DNA of 56,686 nucleotides from a virus (Duplodnaviria; Caudoviricetes): IMG/VR virus record IMGVR_UViG_3300021964_000082, positions 1 to 56,686 of that record; one strand, 5' to 3'. Shown piece by piece: positions 38,887 to 47,087 of this stretch (position 1 is its first letter; each line of letters starts with the position of its first letter). The notes under the pieces were generated by a model. It saw only the letters and a program-made list of their open reading frames with translations, ran no database searches and was not told where the DNA came from. The position numbers and the translations under genes were made by a program.

Positions 38887-41800
38887 TGAAAAAGAAGTTT
38901 GAACATAAAGAAAGTAAAGGGTTACCTGGTGGACCTAATGAAATGTTTACTTATGTAACAAGTGTATTTGATATATATCAAGCACCATCTAATATAGAAG
39001 GAGAAGGTATGTTTGCTGGAAAACCTTTTAAGAAAGGTGATCTTATAGGATTAGCACATAGCAATGGTCAACCAACATCTCAACTTGGTAGAATGCATAA
39101 TCATGATGAGAACTCTCCAACCATGATTAGCAAGAAAAGTGGTAATGATAGATTTGTATTTGCAGCTAAAGACTTACAACCAGGAGATGAACTTACTACT
39201 AACTATAGAATGCAACCTGAGTTAGAGCAACCAGAGGATTTTCAATATGGTGGTAGCGTTATGGCACCACCTAGAAAAGGTGTTAGAAAGAATTCTGATG
39301 GCAGTGAGTCAACACATCTTATGGCTACTGAGACTTTAGATGGGAAGAACTGGTTTTCATTTCCAACATTATTTCAAGATCCAGACGGTACTTGGATTGA
39401 TATGTCCAATAAACCTTGGCAAGAAGCATATGAAGAAGCCAAGAAAAGAGGTGAAGTTATAGACTTTGGTACAGATAAAGAAGCAGCAATTAAGTTTGGA
39501 GAAGGTTCTTGGAAACTACCATCTTATCAAGATAAAGGTGAAGTTGTACTAGATCCTAGAAGAACTATTGAACAAGACAATACACGTGTAAAACAGGTTA
39601 TTGTACCTCAAGAATTTAGACAACCATCTAGACCTGCTCAACCTCAAGCAACCATAAGTCAATATAATCCACCATCAACTTTTGAATATTTATTGAATAA
39701 AGCAGCTAATCCAATGACCACATTAGGATATGCTGTTAGAGGTCAAGATATACCTGATAGAGTGTCTGATAAAGATAACGTCTATGACATGGCTGCTGAT
39801 ATTATTAATCCAGCGGCATGGTTAGATTATGGTATTAAAGCTGTAGATGATTTATCTGAAGGTGATTTTGTAGGTGCTGGTTTAAACACACTTGGTGCTA
39901 TTCCGGCTGTTCCTGCAACTGTTGCTAATGCAAAAAATGTAACTAAAGTAGTTAATAAAATACCAGGTAGAGTTAATCCTAGATACTTTAAACCTAACGA
40001 AGATTTATGGTATAGACAGGTGGGTAAATCAGCTATAGATGATATTGCAGAATCTAAAGTAATTAGAGAACGTGGTGAAGATATATTAAAGTCTCAAGAA
40101 ATATATGATGATAGAGTTTTAAGAATGCAAGGAATTGATCCTAGTACTGGAAAACCTTTTGATAATTATCAAACTGCTTTTGAACAAAGAATTCTGGCAG
40201 CTAGACGTCCTAAATCACCTTATTTTCAAAAAGGTGAATTGTATTGGGGATGGAATAGAAAACCAGGAAAAGGTAAGCCTGGTAGAGGAGGAGATGCAGA
40301 TAGTGAATATCTCATAGAAAGTATGTTAGCTGATGATGCTTTTCATCCGGCTCATGTAAAGGGAATGTATCCTGATAATCCTGATAAATGGGTTGGTGAT
40401 ATTGGTATATTAAAGCCAAGACCAGAGTTTAGAGATCCTGCGAATTTTAACCTTTATCAGAGAAACTGGTGGTCTGGTTATAAACCAGTTAAACAAAATG
40501 GTGGTCAACTACCTAAAGCACAAGAAGGCAATGGTGAAGTACCATTAAACCGTGGTGAAATATTTAACATTCCCAGAACTGTTAGATATGAAAATGGTAA
40601 GATGGTTCTTCAAGATAAACCTATTTGGGATGGTATGCTTGATGAAGTTACTATTACTCCTACTACTGCATCTGAATATGCTTGGCAAGAAAACAGAGCT
40701 AATCAATCTACAGGTGGCTTAGAACCTGTGTATCCTATATTTGATTTAATGAGCTCAGGTTTAAGAGCACCTCTTACTAAAGGTGCTAAGGCTGTGCAGG
40801 GTGCTTTAACTTCTGAAAACACTTTAAGGGCTTTAGCAAGATCACCCTATGTTCCTAAAGTTACAAAGCCAGGTTTAATAAAAAATTATAAATCTAAATT
40901 TCCAAATGTAGATTTGCGTGGTACAGGTACTGGTAATTACAGCAAACTTGGTGTTAATGAATTAGGATTAGGTGTAGATGATTTTGGACCTCTTACTAAT
41001 TATGAGCGTAGTGCTATTTCTCAAGTAAATCAAACTCAACCAGCTGATGAAGTCTTTAATACATTTGTTCAAAGATATGCAGACTTCAATACTGATGATG
41101 CTTTATCAAATCAGCTGGCAGATTTTTCAAGACGTAACCCCAGAACTAAGTTTGAAATAAATCTTGGTAGAGATGTTACACCTTCTAAAAGAATGCAAGA
41201 AATATTTGATGATCCTGAATTAAATGTTCATAATGTTTTTAGCCATAAATCTTCAGGTCCTATGAATCCTATAAATGAATGGGGGAACGAGGGCAGGCTT
41301 TTTTATGATTCATCAGCTCGTAATGCTGCTGGGGAGTTTGAAAAAAATTTAAGAAGCTATGGTGAACAAGGTTTTTATGCTGCTAATGTTCCTATGGGAA
41401 AACCTGTAAAACAGGCGTTAACTTATAATAAAGACGGTAGAGTATTTGATTATGTAACAGAAACATTACCTGTTTCAGATTTTGTAGTAAATAAAGGTTT
41501 AATGAATCCTGATGTCATAGGGAATTTTTCTCGCTATAGAGGAGCTGGTGATATGGCAAATCAACATAACTTTTTATTAGGTATTACTAATAGTCCATCT
41601 GTTATTGTATCTGGTAATAAAGGTTTTGCTGGACTAAAAGGGGGTAATAAACTTAGAGAAAAAATAGGAGGATTAATTACTCCTGAAGGGGGTAAGGCCG
41701 TTCCTTCTTACAATAACCAAGTTGTTCCTTTATTAAAGCAGGAGTTTAATTTGTCTAAACCATTTGAAGGAACGTTTATAAAATCACCTAGTGTTTTAGA

Positions 41801-43973
41801 AACTTATTATAACAGTGCAGGTCAAGCGTCACCATATACTAATTTTCCTGGTATATTAGATATTGATGATCTGTTTACAACTGGAAAATCAAACTTAGCA
41901 AAAGGAGGACAGTTACCTAAAGCACAAGATGGTAATGGTGAAGCACCATTAAGCCGTGATGAAATATTTAATATTCCTAGGACAATGGGATATGAAAATG
42001 GTAAGATGGTTCTTCAAGATAAACCTATTTGGGATGGTATGCTTGATGAAGTTACTGTTACACCTTATACGCAAAGTCATATTTTATCTGATTATATGAT
42101 GAATAATAAAGCTACAGGTGGACTACAACCAGTTTATCCTATTTTTGATATAATGACTTTAGGTTTAAAAGCTCCTGCAACAGCTGGCGTTAAAGCTATA
42201 CAAGCAGGTATTAAAAATGCTCCTCTTAAGAAAACTGTTGATATAGGAAATAAGTATGTAAGCCCTTTTAGTTATAAGAGACTTTATCAATTTAATCCTC
42301 TTGCTAATCAGCGTCCTCCATTTACCACAGTAGCTAGAACTCAAATGCCTGGGCAAACAGGAAAACTAGTTATGGGTCAATACTATGATGACTTAGCAAA
42401 TCAAGGAAAAAAGTTAAACTGGAGGCAAAACTTAGATAGGAATTCTTCCAGAAGATTTGGATGGGGGAGAGGGTTTTCATCTGATCCTAATGACATAATG
42501 AACTATAGTCATCCTTCATTTACTGCTTACAGAGGCTATGACTCTAATGTAATAAATCCTGAATTACTAATTCAAAGATTTCCTACTAGTTATTTAGATG
42601 AGTTTATGGTTGGTAATTTAAGTTCTAATGCACAAAAGGCTTATGGTTCTGGTAAAAGGTTTGAAGAATTTATATTACCTATAGACGATGTTTTAAGTGC
42701 AAAATCAAAACCATTATCACGTGAAGCATATAATGAAATAAAAAATATACGTAATGCTGAAAATACACCACACTGGTGGAAAGGTTTTCAAGAAGTTAAA
42801 GCTTTAGGAGGATCACTACCTAAAGCACAGAAAGGAAATGGTGAAATACATACTGTAGCATCAGGTGAAACTTTCTTTGGTATAGCTAATAAATATAAAT
42901 TAGATAAACAAGATCTTATAGATGCTAACCCTGGTCTTAATATAGAAAGCATAAAGGCTGGTCAAACAATTAATCTACCGGTTATAGAAAAAATGGAAGC
43001 TGTTAACATATCGGCAGCAGATTCTAAGAGAGAACCTACTTCTTGGACTGATTACATTAATCCTTACAATTGGGGTGTTACTGATAGAGATGATGATGGT
43101 ACTTTTAACCAAGCTTTTAGAGCAGCTCGCAATGCAAGTGAGGATGAGTTTATGTGGTATGGTACAAGATATAATACAAATCTAAAACCAACGCCAGATA
43201 AATTAGAAGTTGAAGAAGTTTCTAATGAGGTTGAAGCAGTTAAAGAAACAGGACCCTTTGAGAATTACTCAGTTACTCCTGAGTTACTTTATAAGCAAGC
43301 ATTTGTAGAATCAACTTTAGATCCTAAAGCTAAAAATGATTTGGGCTATATGGGCTTAGGTCAAATAGGTGATAAATTAATTGCAGATTATAAAAAAGCA
43401 AATAAAATTGATGCTGTAGATCCTTATGATGCAAAGCAAAATCATGATGTTCAAGACTGGTCTATGAATGAATTATACAATGCCACTTTTATAGATAAAC
43501 CAGGTAGTACAAATGAAAATAGATTGCTTAAAGCTTTAGCATCATATAACTGGGGTAGAGGTAAGGTCAAAGACTTATTAGAAGAACAAAAAGCCAAAGG
43601 TGTTGACATATACACAGACACTAGCTGGACTAGTGAGTTACCAAAAGAAACAAGAGAATACATAGATATGATTCTCTATGATGGAGCAACAGAAAAAAGA
43701 CCATTAGTTCAAGAAAACTTTAAGAATGCACTTGTAGATAGTACTTATAAAGACATAAGAGATTTATACATATATAAATCAGGAGGAGAAAAAAATCAAT
43801 TTCAAATCTATAAAGATTATGTAGAAGGTGTATATGATGGAACTGAAATGGAAAAAGCTGCAGAAAAGATATATGATAAGCTAAATAGAGTTTATTATAA
43901 AGAAGCTAAAAAACAAGGAATGAGAGTGCCTAACTATATAATGACTAATGTAATCAAACAGATTGATAATTAG
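38886..43973 (+). CDS. multidomain putative virion cargo protein: SET, three ART-like cassettes, LysM, lytic transglycosylase
   Basis: SET (GEGMFA, GRMHNH, GDELTTNY); LysM (HTVASGET...ANPGL...GQTINLP); SLT (VES, GLGQI, ASYNWG, ETREY); ART calls tentative. Confidence 0.75.
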   Translation: MKKKFEHKESKGLPGGPNEMFTYVTSVFDIYQAPSNIEGEGMFAGKPFKKGDLIGLAHSNGQPTSQLGRMHNHDENSPTMISKKSGNDRFVFAAKDLQPGDELTTNYRMQPELEQPEDFQYGGSVMAPPRKGVRKNSDGSESTHLMATETLDGKNWFSFPTLFQDPDGTWIDMSNKPWQEAYEEAKKRGEVIDFGTDKEAAIKFGEGSWKLPSYQDKGEVVLDPRRTIEQDNTRVKQVIVPQEFRQPSRPAQPQATISQYNPPSTFEYLLNKAANPMTTLGYAVRGQDIPDRVSDKDNVYDMAADIINPAAWLDYGIKAVDDLSEGDFVGAGLNTLGAIPAVPATVANAKNVTKVVNKIPGRVNPRYFKPNEDLWYRQVGKSAIDDIAESKVIRERGEDILKSQEIYDDRVLRMQGIDPSTGKPFDNYQTAFEQRILAARRPKSPYFQKGELYWGWNRKPGKGKPGRGGDADSEYLIESMLADDAFHPAHVKGMYPDNPDKWVGDIGILKPRPEFRDPANFNLYQRNWWSGYKPVKQNGGQLPKAQEGNGEVPLNRGEIFNIPRTVRYENGKMVLQDKPIWDGMLDEVTITPTTASEYAWQENRANQSTGGLEPVYPIFDLMSSGLRAPLTKGAKAVQGALTSENTLRALARSPYVPKVTKPGLIKNYKSKFPNVDLRGTGTGNYSKLGVNELGLGVDDFGPLTNYERSAISQVNQTQPADEVFNTFVQRYADFNTDDALSNQLADFSRRNPRTKFEINLGRDVTPSKRMQEIFDDPELNVHNVFSHKSSGPMNPINEWGNEGRLFYDSSARNAAGEFEKNLRSYGEQGFYAANVPMGKPVKQALTYNKDGRVFDYVTETLPVSDFVVNKGLMNPDVIGNFSRYRGAGDMANQHNFLLGITNSPSVIVSGNKGFAGLKGGNKLREKIGGLITPEGGKAVPSYNNQVVPLLKQEFNLSKPFEGTFIKSPSVLETYYNSAGQASPYTNFPGILDIDDLFTTGKSNLAKGGQLPKAQDGNGEAPLSRDEIFNIPRTMGYENGKMVLQDKPIWDGMLDEVTVTPYTQSHILSDYMMNNKATGGLQPVYPIFDIMTLGLKAPATAGVKAIQAGIKNAPLKKTVDIGNKYVSPFSYKRLYQFNPLANQRPPFTTVARTQMPGQTGKLVMGQYYDDLANQGKKLNWRQNLDRNSSRRFGWGRGFSSDPNDIMNYSHPSFTAYRGYDSNVINPELLIQRFPTSYLDEFMVGNLSSNAQKAYGSGKRFEEFILPIDDVLSAKSKPLSREAYNEIKNIRNAENTPHWWKGFQEVKALGGSLPKAQKGNGEIHTVASGETFFGIANKYKLDKQDLIDANPGLNIESIKAGQTINLPVIEKMEAVNISAADSKREPTSWTDYINPYNWGVTDRDDDGTFNQAFRAARNASEDEFMWYGTRYNTNLKPTPDKLEVEEVSNEVEAVKETGPFENYSVTPELLYKQAFVESTLDPKAKNDLGYMGLGQIGDKLIADYKKANKIDAVDPYDAKQNHDVQDWSMNELYNATFIDKPGSTNENRLLKALASYNWGRGKVKDLLEEQKAKGVDIYTDTSWTSELPKETREYIDMILYDGATEKRPLVQENFKNALVDSTYKDIRDLYIYKSGGEKNQFQIYKDYVEGVYDGTEMEKAAEKIYDKLNRVYYKEAKKQGMRVPNYIMTNVIKQIDN
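40500..42205 (+). repeat. internal duplication of about 300 nt (1404-nt offset) with a 68-bp identical core
   Basis: 40585-40652 identical to 41989-42056; similarity extends from GGQLPKAQ through TGGLxPVYPIFD. Confidence 0.95.
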
Positions 43974-43990
43974 GGATTCTGCTTAATAAT

Positions 43991-44007
43991 TTGTATATTA
44001 ATATTGT
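43991..44007 (+). promoter_or_regulatory. putative phage late promoter motif
   Basis: TTGTATATT-AATATT-GT, 3 nt before ATG 44011. Confidence 0.55.
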
Positions 44008-44010
44008 ATT

Positions 44011-47000
44011 ATGGAGGAAAATATATTAAATAATATAGATATGACACAAGGTGTTACACCAGAGGGTGCTCAGGTGAATAATGCACCTATGGCTGATCTA
44101 ACAGATATTATTAAAACTCGTTTCCAGAATGGAGAGCCAGCATTAGATATTCTTGTTGATTTAATAATGCAAGGAATAGAACCTAACCAAATGGGTATGG
44201 CCTTTGAAGAAATTGGTTTTGATCCTGCTTCATATACACAATTATTACAGGATGCAGAAATTAAGTTGCAAGGAATGCAGCAACAAGCTCAAGCACAACA
44301 GCAAATGCAACAACAGCAAATGCCTGAGCAAGGTAATCAACAACTTCCTCCTGTATCTGAAGAAGAATTATTAGCAGAATCAGAAAAGGCTGCTAAAGAA
44401 ATTGAAAGTAAAGACATTCAACCAATGCAATATGGTGGTGGTACAAACAGAGGGTTAGGTCCATTTTTAGGATCTAAAGATCCCGTAGCACGTCCTTTGT
44501 ATTTACCACCTTTACCTGCTCAAGGGAATCTATTAGGTGCTGCCTATATGTTAGATGATGCAGCTGGTCAACTCTTTAGTAATAAAGATAGAGATGGTGA
44601 TGGTTTAATGGATGGTACTTTTAAAGATTGGTCTGCAAAAAGAGCTAGGTATAAAGATAAGCAACTTCAGAATAGAACTTATGAAATTGATTATGGTGAT
44701 TTAAATCCAGATGATTATTCAGCTACTTATCAAAATTTAGCAGATTTAACAGAGACAAAATTTTCAAAGTTTTTTAAAGGTAAAAAAGAAAGAGAAAGAA
44801 TAAACCAAGTACAGAATACAGGTTTGCAAACAAAAGAAGAGTTTGCTGAAAATGTTTTTAAAAATAGTTTAATAAACTTTAATCCAGAGACTGGAGAATA
44901 TGCTGCTGCATTTGCAACAAGACCTGAAGACTATGCAATGCTTGGAAAAAAACAGAAAGAAGAATTTGGTTTACTTGGTTCTAAAAAAGAAAGAAATACT
45001 TTAGAAAGATTTACTGAGAACTTATCAAATCAAGATGATATTGATTTGCAAATGATTAAAGAGGCCAGAAAATATGGTCCGGGTAGAGGTTTGAATAAAA
45101 ATAGAAGTTCTTATGATGAAAGTCTTATGACTCCTACTGAAATAGAACAATCTAGAAATGCCTATAGAGATATCATGTTAGGTAAACAATCAATGAATTC
45201 TGAGCAACCTTTTATTGATTTTAATCAAACTCAGGACTTTAGTGCTACCCCAAAACGCTCTATAGTGCAAATCCCCGAAGATCAAAATTCTTCCAATTCC
45301 CTTGATAGAGAAACAGCTTTTAAACAATGGGCTTTACAAGATCCTGTAACAAGAATGACAACAGCAGGAAGAAAAGAGTTTGATAGATTAAATCCAATGA
45401 GATATGGAGGAGGTTTAAGAAAAGCACAATATGGAATAAATGATTATGATCCTAACAACCCTTATGGTTTACCTGATTTTTCTCAGATGGGTCAGACATC
45501 TTATATTAATCCTGATACAGGAATGCCCTATGAATCTTTTATGCCTAATCCAATTCAATTAGATGAAATAGAAGGTCTGCAATCAAAAGGACTTGAACCA
45601 TTTGTAGTAGATACACCACAAATGGATTTATCTCCAATGAGTGTTCCTAGTCAATCTGCTGTAGATTTAACATCAAAAAGTTTGAATCAAGTTCCTACTG
45701 CGCAGCCTGATCTAAATCTAGCTCCAATAGATTTTCCTGAAGCAACTAAAATAGAAGGGTTAAAATCAAAAGCTTTAACTGAAATACCTACTGAGATGCC
45801 AGAAATGAAACTGGCTCCAATTGATTTAACACCACCAACACAAACTTCAACAGATGAAAATGTTGAAAGACCAACTGTAAAAAGAAAAAGAAGAATTGGT
45901 AATGCTATAAAACAAGCTGAGACTTTTATAAAAGAAGATCCAGCTATGCGTGCTTATGGTGATGTTTCTGATTTTGCAGTGAAGGGTGCTAATCTAGCAA
46001 ATGAAATTTTTCAGCAAAAAGAATTTAATGATTACAAAAATAAGTTAAGAAACTTAACTAACGCTGATAAAGTATACTTAGCATCTGAAGATCCTGTAAA
46101 TAAAAGAGGCACATTTGATGTTAATCTTGGATTAGCTGAACCAGATAATCTTGTTGATTATTATGCTCAGGCAATGTACGGTAGAGAAATGTATAAAAAA
46201 GGTGGAGAGTTTGAACCACATATGATGTATGATCCTGAAACCGGTAAAGGTTATAAAGCTAAAGTACCAGCTGATCATGAAAGAATGGCTAAAATGGGAT
46301 ACTTGCATAAAAATGAAATGCAAGATGGTGGGGAAGAAAGAAACTATGCTAAAGAACTTAAGGACGCATATAAAGATGGTAGTTTTTTAAAATACTTAGA
46401 GCATAATATAGATCAGTCTCTTGATGGTATGACCTATGATTTTCCATATACAGACAAACAACAAATGATAATAGATGAAGTTGATAAGGCTCAAGAAGAT
46501 TTATGGAGATATGAAGATAGACTAGTGCGTGACTGGAATGGTGATCCAAGTAGATTTACTGATGAAGAAAACGCAGAGCTAAAACGTTTAAAAGAAATTT
46601 TAGATGCTAAAAAAAATTCAAATGAATATAAGAGTCTTGAATCTGCAATGGAATTTAGAGATGTAAATACTGATCCGCTGAGACATAGTTATTCATCAGC
46701 TCTTACTAGTCAAAAGATAGCAGATAAAGTAGCAGGCTATATTCCTTTTTCAGACTATCTTCCTCATGATGAAATTATAGGTGCAATTGGTGCAAATATT
46801 TTAGGTGCGGGTCATGAGGCTACTGTATTTGATAGAGATGAGAGACCTTTCATGACAAAACTTCAAGAGTCTGGAATGGATATGTATAATAACTTTTTAG
46901 GTTCTTTAGTTGGTGCAACTACAAATACTCCAGAAGAAGCAGCAGCTTTAACTGAAGAATTGATTAAAAGAGGTTACACATCTTCAGGAAGAATACCAGA

Positions 47001-47085
47001 GAAACAAGAAGGTGGAGAACTAGAAGTAGATAATGACACTCTTGCTGCTTTGATAGCCGCTGGAGCTGATATAGAAATGTTATAA
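44011..47085 (+). CDS. putative virion cargo protein, modular
   Basis: 1024 aa; Q/P-rich linkers, five xxxGG motifs, C-terminal DPLRH...HE...MDMYNN domain. Confidence 0.7.
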   Translation: MEENILNNIDMTQGVTPEGAQVNNAPMADLTDIIKTRFQNGEPALDILVDLIMQGIEPNQMGMAFEEIGFDPASYTQLLQDAEIKLQGMQQQAQAQQQMQQQQMPEQGNQQLPPVSEEELLAESEKAAKEIESKDIQPMQYGGGTNRGLGPFLGSKDPVARPLYLPPLPAQGNLLGAAYMLDDAAGQLFSNKDRDGDGLMDGTFKDWSAKRARYKDKQLQNRTYEIDYGDLNPDDYSATYQNLADLTETKFSKFFKGKKERERINQVQNTGLQTKEEFAENVFKNSLINFNPETGEYAAAFATRPEDYAMLGKKQKEEFGLLGSKKERNTLERFTENLSNQDDIDLQMIKEARKYGPGRGLNKNRSSYDESLMTPTEIEQSRNAYRDIMLGKQSMNSEQPFIDFNQTQDFSATPKRSIVQIPEDQNSSNSLDRETAFKQWALQDPVTRMTTAGRKEFDRLNPMRYGGGLRKAQYGINDYDPNNPYGLPDFSQMGQTSYINPDTGMPYESFMPNPIQLDEIEGLQSKGLEPFVVDTPQMDLSPMSVPSQSAVDLTSKSLNQVPTAQPDLNLAPIDFPEATKIEGLKSKALTEIPTEMPEMKLAPIDLTPPTQTSTDENVERPTVKRKRRIGNAIKQAETFIKEDPAMRAYGDVSDFAVKGANLANEIFQQKEFNDYKNKLRNLTNADKVYLASEDPVNKRGTFDVNLGLAEPDNLVDYYAQAMYGREMYKKGGEFEPHMMYDPETGKGYKAKVPADHERMAKMGYLHKNEMQDGGEERNYAKELKDAYKDGSFLKYLEHNIDQSLDGMTYDFPYTDKQQMIIDEVDKAQEDLWRYEDRLVRDWNGDPSRFTDEENAELKRLKEILDAKKNSNEYKSLESAMEFRDVNTDPLRHSYSSALTSQKIADKVAGYIPFSDYLPHDEIIGAIGANILGAGHEATVFDRDERPFMTKLQESGMDMYNNFLGSLVGATTNTPEEAAALTEELIKRGYTSSGRIPEKQEGGELEVDNDTLAALIAAGADIEML

Positions 47086-47087
47086 TT

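Noticed and set aside
40585-42056. DGR template/variable repeat pair
   Set aside because: The core is identical, flanking differences are not adenine-specific, and both copies lie within one ORF
43971-44011. TAG read-through fusing the two cargo genes
   Set aside because: The genes are in different frames and a promoter-like motif lies between them
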